DNA of 64,000 bases from a bacterium. Its GTDB lineage: Bacteria > Hinthialibacterota > Hinthialibacteria > Hinthialibacterales > Hinthialibacteraceae. The position numbers and the translations under genes were made by a program. The stretch lies in assembly GCA_963662285.2 (NCBI GenBank), contig CAXXMV010000002.1, positions 1,312,001-1,376,000 of the forward strand. Direction: 5' to 3'. Every line of letters begins with the position of its first letter. The stretch's first letter is position 1. Positions 1 through 9,705 of the stretch are shown piece after piece. The notes beneath the pieces were generated by a model. The model was given only the letters and a program-made list of their open reading frames with translations, searched no databases and had not been told where the DNA came from.

Positions 1-1273
1 GACTTATCAGAAAATTTGCGGAGTGATGACGGTTGAGTTCGATGGCAAGGAACATACCATGCCCCAGATGGCGCGGTATCTGGAAGAGACGGACCGCTCC
101 CGCCGGCAGGAGGCGTGGCAAGGTATCACTGAGCGTAGGTTGCAAGACCGCGAGAAGATTGATGAAATATTTGATACGCTTATCAATCTTCGCAATGATA
201 TAGCGCTCAATGCTGATTGCGATGATTACGTCGGTTATGCCTTCCGCATGTATCATCGCTTTGATTATACGCCGGAAGATTGCTTCAAGTTTCATCAAGC
301 GGTTGAAGAATGCGTAATGCCGATTATTCATCAACTCAACGAGCAGCGGCGCCAGCAGTTGAAATTAGATGTTCTCCGTCCATGGGATATGTCGGTTGAT
401 GCTTTGGGGCGTGAACCATTACGACCGTTTGAGAAAGCGGACGAAATGGCTCAGAAGGTTGAGCGCATGATCGGGCGGGTGGATGCTGTATTGTCGGCTC
501 AGTTTCATTCCATGATGGAGAATGGCGAATTAGACCTGGAAAGCCGTAAAGGAAAAGCGCCCGGCGGCTATCAATATACTTTGGATGAAGTGCGGCGTCC
601 ATTTATTTTTATGAATGCAGCTGGATTGCAGCGCGATGTAGAGACTTTGCTGCATGAGTCTGGTCATGCCTTTCATGCGCTGGCCTGCCGCAACGATGCT
701 TTGCTGCCTTACCGGGAATCTCCCATTGAATTCGCTGAAGTGGCTTCGATGTCGATGGAACTGTTCGGCGCCAAGTATTATGAAGAATTCTATACGCCTG
801 ATGAGGCCAACCGCGCCCGGCGCAAGCATCTGGAGGGAGTGATTGAAGTGCTGCCCTGGATAGCGCGCATCGACGCTTTCCAGCATTGGATTTACACCCA
901 TCCCAAGCATAGCGTAGAGCAACGCACATCATATTGGCTTGAACTTGAGAATCGCTTTGGACCTAAATTAGATTGGAGTGGATTTAAGGCGGCCCGCGAA
1001 AGCGTGTGGCAACGTCAGTTGCATCTTTTCTGCCACCCATTCTATTACATTGAATATGGCATCGCCCAATTAGGCGCCTTGCAATTATGGAAACGGTTTC
1101 AGGAAAACGCGGATGATGCAATCAATGGTTATCGATCTGCGTTGGCTTTGGGTGGATCGAAGCCTCTGCCCGATTTATTTGAAACTGCGGGCGCGCGTTT
1201 TGACTTCTCGATTGATACCATTGCGCCGTTGATGCAGACCGTCAAAGATGAACTGGATAAATTGCCTGTATGA
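1..1273 (+). CDS. M3 family oligoendopeptidase (PepF-like), 5'-truncated by the window edge
   Basis: HESGH zinc motif, GKAPGGY and downstream EFAEVASM/HLF..PFYYIEY motifs typical of M3B peptidases. The ORF track starts at 23 but the frame is open from the window start. Confidence 0.9.
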   Translation, partial: TYQKICGVMTVEFDGKEHTMPQMARYLEETDRSRRQEAWQGITERRLQDREKIDEIFDTLINLRNDIALNADCDDYVGYAFRMYHRFDYTPEDCFKFHQAVEECVMPIIHQLNEQRRQQLKLDVLRPWDMSVDALGREPLRPFEKADEMAQKVERMIGRVDAVLSAQFHSMMENGELDLESRKGKAPGGYQYTLDEVRRPFIFMNAAGLQRDVETLLHESGHAFHALACRNDALLPYRESPIEFAEVASMSMELFGAKYYEEFYTPDEANRARRKHLEGVIEVLPWIARIDAFQHWIYTHPKHSVEQRTSYWLELENRFGPKLDWSGFKAARESVWQRQLHLFCHPFYYIEYGIAQLGALQLWKRFQENADDAINGYRSALALGGSKPLPDLFETAGARFDFSIDTIAPLMQTVKDELDKLPV

Positions 1274-1319
1274 TGGATGTTGATTTATTCTCTTAACGCC
1301 GATCAATGATAAATTCTCT

Positions 1320-1346
1320 AAAAGGCCCTGAAACGGGCTTTTTTTT
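1320..1346 (+). terminator. Intrinsic terminator
   Basis: aaaaggccc-tgaaac-gggc-tttttttt after the peptidase stop. Confidence 0.75.
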
Positions 1347-1479
1347 ATACACGAAACGTGATGGAACAAGAATTGATTTAAGTGATCGCTCTGGAATATG
1401 TTAGGTAACTGGTATAATCAATCTAGATGCAATATGGCTTTATTGTGAATTAAATTATTTGAAAAGTTGAACAGGTGAC

Positions 1480-2874
1480 ATGAAAAAGCATCAGATACTT
1501 ATTGCTGATAGCGACCCGGCAGTGCGCAAAATGATTAATCTGATCTGCGTCAGGTTTGGATGGGATGTTGATATTGCGTTTACCGGGAGCGAAGCGGTTG
1601 ATTTAGTAAAACAACGCTCTCATCAGATTTTTGTTATAGATGTGCAGATGCCCGGACTTTCCGGGTTGGAACTGACTAATATTATAATGAAGCATGAAAC
1701 GGCGCCCGCCATCATAATGCTGGCCGGGAATGCTGATGTTGATCAAGCGGTTATTATGTTGAAAGCCGGCGTCTTTAATTATCTGCAAAAAGATACGGTT
1801 AGCGTCCAGCAATTGAAGAAATATCTCAAGCGGGCGGCATTGTATCATGAAAAGCGGTCTTGGAGTAATGCAGTACGCAGAGAGCGTGATAAAACTTTCA
1901 GAGATATCAATGCCGCGAATAAGAGATTTCTTGGCATTATGGATCTAAGCAGCGACTTGATCTTAATTCTGAATTCTGAAAACATGCAAATTATTGATTG
2001 TAACGCCGCTGCCAGCGAACAACTGGGTTATTCGCATAAAGAAATATTATCGCTGCATTTTAATGATATTTGTCATAGTTCTTCTGCATCATTGCTTGAT
2101 GATGTTAAACGCAATCAGGATATTGATGATATAAGAACTTATGAAGAGGTACTGATCAAGAAGAATGGCGACTCTTTTCCCGGAGAGATTTCTATAGAAC
2201 ATGCCTGTATTGAGACGGGCGATTATATGTCCATGATTGTACGTGATATTTCTGTTCGCAAACGCCTCGAAAAAGAACGCCAGCATTATTTCGACCAATT
2301 GAATACAACGTTGGAGCAAACCATACAAATGATTGCTTTAACCGTTGAAAAACGCGATCCCTTTACGGCTGGGCATCAACAGCGGGTATCCAATCTGTCT
2401 GCGGGAATTGCGGAGACTATGGGATTGGAGCAGGATCGAATCGATGGGGTGCGAATGGGCGCCTTGATACATGATATTGGAAAAATAAATATTTCCGCTG
2501 AAATTTTATCGAAAGCAGCCAAACTGAGTGATATTGAATATCGCATTGTTAAACTTCATACTACTGTAGGATTTGATATCGTTAAAGAAGTGGAGTTTCC
2601 CTGGCCAATTTCTAAAATAGTGGTGCAGCATCATGAGAGAATTGACGGTTCCGGTTATCCTTTTGGATTGAAGGATGATGAGATCACTTTGGAAGCCAAG
2701 ATAGTGGGAGTGGCGGATGTGGTGGAAGCGATGGATTCACACCGGCCATATCGTCCTTCGCGCGGCATTGAAATGGCGATTCGGGAGATTTCCAGTAAAA
2801 AAGGGATTATTTATGATTCTGTTGCAGTTGAAGCGTGTTTAATTTTTCTGGAGAAGAATGATTATAAGTTTTAG
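1480..2874 (+). CDS. Response regulator with REC-PAS-HD-GYP domains (c-di-GMP phosphodiesterase)
   Basis: N-terminal receiver (IDVQMPG), central PAS (IIDCNAAA..LGYS, RDIS.RK), then HDIGK, HHERIDGSGYP and RPYR motifs. Confidence 0.9.
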   Translation: MKKHQILIADSDPAVRKMINLICVRFGWDVDIAFTGSEAVDLVKQRSHQIFVIDVQMPGLSGLELTNIIMKHETAPAIIMLAGNADVDQAVIMLKAGVFNYLQKDTVSVQQLKKYLKRAALYHEKRSWSNAVRRERDKTFRDINAANKRFLGIMDLSSDLILILNSENMQIIDCNAAASEQLGYSHKEILSLHFNDICHSSSASLLDDVKRNQDIDDIRTYEEVLIKKNGDSFPGEISIEHACIETGDYMSMIVRDISVRKRLEKERQHYFDQLNTTLEQTIQMIALTVEKRDPFTAGHQQRVSNLSAGIAETMGLEQDRIDGVRMGALIHDIGKINISAEILSKAAKLSDIEYRIVKLHTTVGFDIVKEVEFPWPISKIVVQHHERIDGSGYPFGLKDDEITLEAKIVGVADVVEAMDSHRPYRPSRGIEMAIREISSKKGIIYDSVAVEACLIFLEKNDYKF

Positions 2875-2924
2875 GGTTATTCTCAAGAATAGTACTGGTT
2901 TGAAAATCATATTGCGTCCGTAAT

Positions 2925-2954
2925 AAAAGCCCCTCCGTTTCCGAAGGGGCTTTT
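2925..2954. terminator. Bidirectional intrinsic terminator
   Basis: aaaagcccc-N12-ggggctttt between convergent genes. Confidence 0.75.
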
Positions 2955-2987
2955 GATTTGTTCATGTTTTTTTGTTAAAGCATAAAT

Positions 2988-4265
2988 CTACAAGCGGCTT
3001 TTTAGCCAGGTGTCGGAAGGTTTGATGCGGCGGATTTCCACCATCTCTTCGCTTTTGGGATCCCACTGTACGCGTTTGCCGGTGCGGTAGGAGATGTTGG
3101 CCAGATGGGCTGAGGTTATAATCTGGTGTCCCACTTCTACGGGAGAGTTGGGTTCTTTGCGCGACTTGACGCATTCAATGAAATTGGCCACATGGTCGCC
3201 GCCTTCGTAGGGACGGTCCCAGCGCTCGACTGGTTCTTGGGCGCCTTGGGAAGCGTAAACCCGGAAACCGTTCTGGTCATCTACCAGCAGCGAACCTTTG
3301 GTTCCATAGAAGGCTGCGCCGACGCTGTCGCGTCCATTGACGAATTCAACCGTGAAGAGAGTGGTGAACTTGCCATAATCGAATACGGCGTGAACCACGT
3401 CCGGGGTTTCCCATGATTCAAAAACATGGTTGCCACCGTTGCATACTACTGACTCCGGGCCGTCTACATCCATTACCCATTGGTTGACGTCCAGCTGATG
3501 GGCGCCGATATCCGTGATCAAGCCGCCGGCGTAATCCCAATACCAACGCCAGGTGAAATAACGGTATGGATCGAAAGCGCGTTTAGGGGCTTTGCCGAGA
3601 AAACGATCCCAGTCCAAACGTCCACTTATGCCTGCTTTTACTTGATCATTCCAGGGGTCGCCATTAGTTACCCAATCGCGGGTATCCCATACTTTGACGC
3701 AGGCGATTTGGCCAAGTTTGCCGGAGCGAATCCACTCACGGGCTTTGAGCCAATGCTTGCCGCTGCGGCGGTGGTTGCCGACCTGGACGATCTGCTTGGT
3801 CTCGCGCACCGCACGCACCATTTCCTGACCTTCTTCGATGGTCTTGGAAAATGGTTTTTCAGTATATGCGTCTTTGCCTGATTGAACTATGTCGATCAAT
3901 ATATCGTGATGCCAATGGTCAGGCGTGGCCAGGTAGACGGCGTCGATATCTTTGCGTTCCAGCAAGCGTTCATGTTCATAATACCCATCAGCCTTGGCGC
4001 CGTTTTCATCTTCAGAAGCCGCGCGCGCCCGGTTCAAGCGCGTTTCATATACATCACATACCGCGACGATTTTGACGTCGCGCTTTTTCATTTCTCCGAG
4101 TCCCCATGAACCACGGTCGCCGACGCCGATTACGCCGGCGCGGATTGTATCATTAGCGCCAAGTGCGGATTGCGGCGATATACCTTGCAATGACGTCATG
4201 GCGACGCCCGCCGCCGCAGCTGTACCTTTCAAAAAAGTTCTACGAGAATTACTGTGTTCGCTCAT
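2988..4265 (-). CDS. Tat-exported Gfo/Idh/MocA oxidoreductase
   Basis: SRRTFLK twin-arginine signal, GVIGVGDRG Rossmann motif, ATPDHWH and EKP motifs. Confidence 0.9.
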   Translation of the reverse strand: MSEHSNSRRTFLKGTAAAAGVAMTSLQGISPQSALGANDTIRAGVIGVGDRGSWGLGEMKKRDVKIVAVCDVYETRLNRARAASEDENGAKADGYYEHERLLERKDIDAVYLATPDHWHHDILIDIVQSGKDAYTEKPFSKTIEEGQEMVRAVRETKQIVQVGNHRRSGKHWLKAREWIRSGKLGQIACVKVWDTRDWVTNGDPWNDQVKAGISGRLDWDRFLGKAPKRAFDPYRYFTWRWYWDYAGGLITDIGAHQLDVNQWVMDVDGPESVVCNGGNHVFESWETPDVVHAVFDYGKFTTLFTVEFVNGRDSVGAAFYGTKGSLLVDDQNGFRVYASQGAQEPVERWDRPYEGGDHVANFIECVKSRKEPNSPVEVGHQIITSAHLANISYRTGKRVQWDPKSEEMVEIRRIKPSDTWLKSRL

Positions 4266-4466
4266 AAGCCTCTCCTTAATTCAATAACGCGCGGAGAATT
4301 GAATCGCGCTGAATATCGTTTATCCCATTCAATCTATTTTCCTGAATAACTGCTTTTGAATCCAGGGCTGTAGGGAAAGAAAAAAGGATAGAACAAGTGA
4401 TGTAATTTTTATGAGTGTAGAGATTTATATAAATAATGATAATCTGTATATAATTAAGGTTTGATC

Positions 4467-4494
4467 GTAAACAAAAAAGTTGTCGTCTGCGTTA
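4467..4494 (+). promoter_or_regulatory. Possible ECF-sigma promoter
   Basis: GTAAAC-N17-CGTTA matches the general AAC...CGT ECF pattern and lies about 80 bp upstream of the lipoprotein start. Confidence 0.3.
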
Positions 4495-4574
4495 TATATA
4501 TTGACGGTTAATTTTTAATTTAAAAGTTACGCTGATTAATCTTATCAGTTCAATGATTGGAGAAAAATACAATA

Positions 4575-5048
4575 ATGAAATCTCAGGCGTCAATAATAAT
4601 AAAGATATTAATGATATCTTTATGTGGGTGTATGCTTAATTCTTGCGCGAATCAAAAAGATGCTACTGGGCTGCTTGAAGGGCTAATAATGTCTGATCAA
4701 GTTAAAATTGAAGGAACCTGGACGGTTGAGCATGGTGAAGCTGCTTCAATTGCTATACCTTCAATGGATACAAGCAAAATACCAAAAGTAAAAGTAACCA
4801 CGGTTAGATTGGAAGGCATCGTAGAAAACCTATCAGCCAAACAAATACAGGAATTGAACTTTGAGATTTTATTGAGTGCTAAAGGGAAGAAGCCGTATCG
4901 CCGGATGCCTATTCAGTTGAAGAAAAACATATCTCCAAATGCAAAAGAAGAATTTGTTATTAATTATATTATTGATAAAGGCCATCTTCCTATTAAACAA
5001 GTTTCAATTGTTAAGGAAGAAAAGGCCAAAGAGGCTAGTAGTAATTAA
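4575..5048 (+). CDS. Hypothetical exported protein or lipoprotein
   Basis: GGAGA RBS before the ATG at 4575, hydrophobic N-terminus with lipobox-like LNSC, beta-rich C-terminal domain. Confidence 0.6.
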   Translation: MKSQASIIIKILMISLCGCMLNSCANQKDATGLLEGLIMSDQVKIEGTWTVEHGEAASIAIPSMDTSKIPKVKVTTVRLEGIVENLSAKQIQELNFEILLSAKGKKPYRRMPIQLKKNISPNAKEEFVINYIIDKGHLPIKQVSIVKEEKAKEASSN

Positions 5049-5201
5049 CAAAAACGCCGCCTCCATTCTTGATTAGTTTAATTAATTGTTGGCTGGATAA
5101 TGAGGGGAAATCAGGCATACGCCCTAACCTCATGGATGGTTAACGGGTGAAATATCATGCCTTAACTTTGACTAGCATCTGAGGATGTTGTAAATATTTC
5201 T

Positions 5202-5363
5202 TGTCTGAATCTGGATACCCTGGATTAACAGGATATTCAGGATTTATATCATACGCATTCTTTCTATTTTTAAGTTATTCTTATCAAATGTATCTGGATA
5301 ACATTAATTTTTTGATTCACCCATCCTGAGAATCCTTCCATCCTGAAAATCCTGATTCAGACA
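5202..5363. repeat. Inverted-repeat element (TGTCTGAA...TTCAGACA) with 9-bp periodic GGAT/ATCC arms, copy 1
   Basis: Left arm tgtctgaatctggataccctggattaacaggatattcaggat pairs with right arm atcctgagaatccttccatcctgaaaatcctgattcagaca. A second copy is at 26155-26291. Confidence 0.8.
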
Positions 5364-5394
5364 TTTTTGATTCTGCATCAATCTTTAAGCATCT

Positions 5395-5604
5395 TCACTC
5401 CTCATCAACATACTCGATCAGCTCGCCGGGTTGGCATTGCAGTTCCCGGCATAAGGCGTCGAGGGTTGAGAAGCGGATGGCTTTGGCTTTGTTGGTTTTG
5501 AGGATAGACAGGTTGGCTATGGTGATGCCGATGCGATTGGCCAGATCGGTCAGTGACACTTTTTTTTCTAATAACATGTGATCTAGTTTTATGTTAATGG
5601 GCAT
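5395..5604 (-). CDS. Cro/C1-type HTH regulator (YozG-like)
   Basis: 69 aa with ANLSILKTNKAKAIRFSTL..LC..L.CQPG signature, in the usual position downstream of a DUF2975 gene. Confidence 0.9.
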   Translation of the reverse strand: MPINIKLDHMLLEKKVSLTDLANRIGITIANLSILKTNKAKAIRFSTLDALCRELQCQPGELIEYVDEE

Positions 5605-5622
5605 GATTCGTCCTCCTCTCTC

Positions 5623-6396
5623 TTAGACCGTGAGGTCGTTCTCTTCTTTGAGTTCAGCGCCGCAACGGAAGGCTTCGGCGATTACGATGAGGATGAATCC
5701 AAAGAAGACAATTTCCAGGTTCAAGACGCTCCGACCGGAGATGATTTCAAAATGCTGTAATTCAGAGAGGGAATCAACATAAGTGTTACAGCAAGAACAT
5801 ACCACGCCTTGAAGCAGCTCGCATACAATCAAAGCGCCCGCTACAATTCTAAGACGCCTGGCATTATCTTTGATGAAGGGTTGTTTAATTGATAATGCTT
5901 GTAAGAACTTTCTTAATTGATGGAGGACTGTCAATACGTAAACTAAGTTGATTGTTATGAAAGTGTAGAATAGTATTGCTGCGGTTCGGCTTCTAATGTT
6001 AAATTCGCCCTGGGCGTTTGTGATCACGACAATTTTCCAATCTTTTAGTTGTGTATGATTCGCCGATATTTCTTTTGGAAGATTCTCTGATATTACCTGG
6101 AAAGTTATGGGGAGTGAGTATTGATACAAAGGCTCTTTATATTGAATCTCGTTATAGACCTCTCTTGCCAAAAAGAACGCAAAGACGAATATGGATGCAA
6201 TGAAAAATATGAAGCAATAATTCAAGATTGTCTTGATAAACCATGCCATTTTAGATCGTTTGTAATCCGTTTCATTTTCATTTCCTTCTGATTCGTTCTG
6301 AGATTTGGTCTTTTTCCAGTCGTAAAGTAAGACTACAACCACCAAACTTAAAACTATGGGGATTAGCACTCTTGTAATTGTTAATAGAATCATCAT
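5623..6396 (-). CDS. DUF2975 (YoaS-like) membrane protein
   Basis: Multiple TM segments, PF..DN..RLR and C-terminal IAEAFR.G.ELKEENDLTV. Confidence 0.85.
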   Translation of the reverse strand: MMILLTITRVLIPIVLSLVVVVLLYDWKKTKSQNESEGNENETDYKRSKMAWFIKTILNYCFIFFIASIFVFAFFLAREVYNEIQYKEPLYQYSLPITFQVISENLPKEISANHTQLKDWKIVVITNAQGEFNIRSRTAAILFYTFITINLVYVLTVLHQLRKFLQALSIKQPFIKDNARRLRIVAGALIVCELLQGVVCSCCNTYVDSLSELQHFEIISGRSVLNLEIVFFGFILIVIAEAFRCGAELKEENDLTV

Positions 6397-6411
6397 TTTT
6401 ACTTTCCTCCT

Positions 6412-6515
6412 GTATTGTTTTGCGATAAATATTTATTGATAAACGATAACACAAAGTTGAGGCTTGTCAAGGAAAAATTATCGATAAACAATAAAAAATT
6501 ATCTTTTATCAATGA
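6412..6515 (-). promoter_or_regulatory. Sigma70 promoter (TTGACA-N16-TATCGT, extended -10) with four 17-bp imperfect palindromic operator boxes
   Basis: Boxes at 6412, 6433, 6478 and 6499 resemble TTATYG-N5-CRATAA. The -35 TTGACA is at 6470-6465 on the minus strand. Confidence 0.65.
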
Positions 6516-6724
6516 ATATATAGAAGGTAATTTCGGTTGTATGGTTGTAATATTCTCATAAAGAATGACTTGTGTAGCGGATGTTCCATGATAATGTTCT
6601 GATTCGAGATTTCAAAAAATCAAGAAAATATTGGTTTTTTTTTGATAAAGAGCGATAATAAACAATCCTATTTGAGATAACTGCTCTTGTTGCACAATGT
6701 CAAAAATCGAAAGGCGAAAAAAAG

Positions 6725-8182
6725 ATGAAAGATGGCGATAAGAAATTGACTAATAACGCAGGGGCGCCTGTGCCTGATAATCAGAACGTTATGACCGCCG
6801 GGCCTCGCGGCCCTCAGTTGCTGCAAGATGTCTGGTTTTTGGAGAAACTAGCCCATTTTGACCGGGAGGTTATCCCTGAAAGGCGAATGCACGCCAAAGG
6901 TTCCGGCGCCTATGGTGAATTTACTGTCACCCATGATATTACCCGTTACACCAAGGCCAAGATTTTCTCTGAAATAGGCAAGAAAACAGAAATGTTTACC
7001 CGTTTTTCCACTGTGGCTGGTGAGCGGGGCGCCGCTGACGCCGAACGCGATATCCGGGGCTTTGCGATGAAATTTTACACAGAAGAGGGCAACTGGGATC
7101 TGGTGGGTAACAACACGCCGGTATTCTTTTTGCGCGATCCACTGAAATTCCCGGACCTGAATCATGCCGTAAAGCGCGACCCCCGTACTAATCTGCGCAG
7201 CGCCCGTAACAACTGGGATTTTTGGACCTCGCTGCCGGAAGCATTGCACCAGATAACCATCACCATGAGTGAACGTGGAATTCCCAAGTCATATCGTCAC
7301 ATGAATGGATTCGGCAGTCACACCTACAGTTTGATCAACGCAGAAAACAAGCGCTGCTGGGTTAAGTTTCACTTTCACACCCAGCAGGGAATCAAGAATC
7401 TTACCGATGAAGAGGCGGGGGCTATCATCGGTATGTGCCGTGAAAGTCATCAACGAGATTTGTATGACAGCATTGAGAAGGGCGATTTCCCGCGCTGGAA
7501 GATGTTCATCCAGGTGATGACGGAAGAGGAAGCGAATAATTGTTCTTTCAATCCCTTCGACCTGACCAAGGTCTGGTTCCATAAAGATTATCCTTTGATT
7601 GAGGTGGGCGTCTTTGAACTTAATCGTAACCCGGAGAACTACTTCGCCGAAGTTGAACAGTCGGCCTTCAATCCGGCTAGCATCGTACCTGGCATCGGCT
7701 TTTCGCCCGACAAGATGCTGCAGGGGCGGCTCTTCTCTTATGGCGACGCCCAGCGCTACCGGCTTGGAGTGAATCATCACTTGATCCCGGTTAACGCGCC
7801 CCGTTGCCCCTTCCATAATTACCACCGTGACGGCGCTATGCGGGTTGACGGCAATCATGGCGGCGCCATCGGTTATGAGCCAAACAGTTACGGCGAGTGG
7901 CAGGAACAGCCCGAATTCGGCGAACCGCCGTTGGATCTGCAAGGCGCAGCCGACCATTGGGATCACCGTGAGGATGAGGATTACTATTCTCAGCCGGGGA
8001 TGCTTTTTAGACTGATGAATGCTGAACAGCAGCAGGCGCTTTTCGGCAACACCGCCCGTGCGATGGGTGATGCTCCCAAGGAGATTAAATTACGCCATAT
8101 CAACAATTGTATGAAAGCCGATCCGGCTTACGGTCAAGGAGTGGCCGATGCATTAGGAATTCCGGTTAGTGAGTTGTCCTAA
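6725..8182 (+). CDS. katA: Monofunctional heme catalase (small subunit)
   Basis: [15 protein letters not shown] active-site motif and RLFSYGDAQ heme-ligand motif; 485 aa. Confidence 0.97.
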   Translation: MKDGDKKLTNNAGAPVPDNQNVMTAGPRGPQLLQDVWFLEKLAHFDREVIPERRMHAKGSGAYGEFTVTHDITRYTKAKIFSEIGKKTEMFTRFSTVAGERGAADAERDIRGFAMKFYTEEGNWDLVGNNTPVFFLRDPLKFPDLNHAVKRDPRTNLRSARNNWDFWTSLPEALHQITITMSERGIPKSYRHMNGFGSHTYSLINAENKRCWVKFHFHTQQGIKNLTDEEAGAIIGMCRESHQRDLYDSIEKGDFPRWKMFIQVMTEEEANNCSFNPFDLTKVWFHKDYPLIEVGVFELNRNPENYFAEVEQSAFNPASIVPGIGFSPDKMLQGRLFSYGDAQRYRLGVNHHLIPVNAPRCPFHNYHRDGAMRVDGNHGGAIGYEPNSYGEWQEQPEFGEPPLDLQGAADHWDHREDEDYYSQPGMLFRLMNAEQQQALFGNTARAMGDAPKEIKLRHINNCMKADPAYGQGVADALGIPVSELS

Positions 8183-8295
8183 GATGCATTAGGGAAAATA
8201 GATTCTTGTGAATGGCGTCATTATATTGGCGCCATTCGTTTTTGATATTGAACTTTTGGAAACTCAATGTGATAGCAACACGGAGTGATGCAACT

Positions 8296-9669
8296 GTGAA
8301 AAAGAATATAAATGCTATATGGATGCCGGGGTTGGTAATCACTGTATTTCTTGCGTCATGTATGGATTTTTGTTTTGCTGCTGATGTGAAACTTGAGGAT
8401 GCTGGAATCCATGTTAAAAGCATCATCGATGGGATAACATTGAAGAGTATTGGCAAATTTCAGGTGATGATCAACGTTGATCCAAAAGAATGTAGTGAAC
8501 CGTTAGATATTCATGTGGAAGTAGCGGGATCGGGACCCAAGACCTGGCCAGCGGAAGACCTATGCGTAGTTGATGGCGCTGGAGGGGCCGTTGCCATTCG
8601 CCGTAGCGGCATTGCGTGGCATAAGTTTAGCATGACTGTCCCCGGAATCAGGGGTAGTTACCTGGTCAGCGCCGCACCCTTGAAAGACGTGCGACCTTCT
8701 GTCAAGTTGCAGGCTGAAGCCGGACGCACGGCGTCTGATCCGGTTACGGGAATCAGTGCCACTGTTTGCCGATGGTACGATGGCCGGGACGCTGCTTTGA
8801 GTATGCGTTTCGATGATTCTCACCCAACGCATCTGAGCGCCGTAGTTCCAATCCTACGGGAGCATGGCCTTAGAGCGACATTCATGATTAATCCCGGTCG
8901 GGCTGAATTTCAGAAGAACCGCGCTGAATGGGAAACTTGCGCACGGAGCGGGGAACATGAATTCGCCAATCATACCATGTCGCATCGCGGCGCCTCTACT
9001 GAGGAAGAAATTGAGCGCGAAGTAGGTGAGGCTGCGGAGTATATCTGGCGGCTGTTTCCCCGACGCAGCCGTCTTGTCGCGTTGAACCGTGGTGGAGGAA
9101 CTACGTGGATTACACGTAGGCCTTTCAGTTATTACCTGGACAAATATCACCTTTTCAATGTAAGCGGATCGTTGGGGATGGATGACGTCTATGGTCAGCG
9201 GATCGCCGCTTTGGAGCGCCACCTTCTCAATGCAGTAGAACGACGCGGGTGGGCCAAAATCCACTATCATTCAATAGGCGCCGGTCTGGCGACGAGCGAG
9301 GAGCACTTTCGCGCCGCTATGCAGTTGTTGAGTAAACATGCTGACCAGATATGGATCACTGGTTTGGCTGATGCATTCAAGTATATGACCGAGAGAAGCG
9401 CAACAAAGATATCTCTTAAGCGGGTCGATGCTGATCGGTTGGAGTTGGAGGTGATCTGTGGAACTGATCCGGCGTTGTTTGATCAACCTTTGACGATTGA
9501 ATTCGAGGCGCCGTCGAACTGGTCAATAGCAGAATTATCCGCAGTTGGTGATGATGCAAATCCTGTACAGATAGCCGGGAGTGAAGTTGATCAGCGACGG
9601 ATTATTACCCGGTATCATGTTCCACCTGTGAGCCGCAGTTATGAACTATTCTGCTACAATAATAATTAA
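8296..9669 (+). CDS. Secreted polysaccharide deacetylase-family (NodB-like) protein
   Basis: RFDDS, ATFMIN and EFANHTMSH motifs. Probable GTG start at 8296 after GGAG, followed by a signal-like segment (ORF track start 8212). Confidence 0.7.
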   Translation: MKKNINAIWMPGLVITVFLASCMDFCFAADVKLEDAGIHVKSIIDGITLKSIGKFQVMINVDPKECSEPLDIHVEVAGSGPKTWPAEDLCVVDGAGGAVAIRRSGIAWHKFSMTVPGIRGSYLVSAAPLKDVRPSVKLQAEAGRTASDPVTGISATVCRWYDGRDAALSMRFDDSHPTHLSAVVPILREHGLRATFMINPGRAEFQKNRAEWETCARSGEHEFANHTMSHRGASTEEEIEREVGEAAEYIWRLFPRRSRLVALNRGGGTTWITRRPFSYYLDKYHLFNVSGSLGMDDVYGQRIAALERHLLNAVERRGWAKIHYHSIGAGLATSEEHFRAAMQLLSKHADQIWITGLADAFKYMTERSATKISLKRVDADRLELEVICGTDPALFDQPLTIEFEAPSNWSIAELSAVGDDANPVQIAGSEVDQRRIITRYHVPPVSRSYELFCYNNN

Positions 9670-9705
9670 GATTTTAGTCATATAATTAAATTAGGAATTA
9701 ATTTC

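Noticed and set aside
5112-5163. Potential stem-loop (aggcat/atgcct, taacc/ggtta) as a riboswitch or sRNA
   Set aside because: It lies between convergent genes, has no recognisable aptamer motif, and the pairing is short and interrupted.
5202-5363. GGAT-periodic arrays as a CRISPR array
   Set aside because: Units are only about 9 bp and arranged as inverted arms, with no 25-40 bp repeat/spacer structure and no cas genes.
6600-6724. PerR/Fur/OxyR box upstream of catalase
   Set aside because: Only loose AT-rich similarity (gataataaacaatcc); no convincing palindrome.
7289-7966. 225-aa antisense ORF within catalase, and similar shadow ORFs in murC, ftsZ, tyrS and the 63130 gene
   Set aside because: They lie wholly antisense to well-supported genes and have no motifs, as expected from codon bias.
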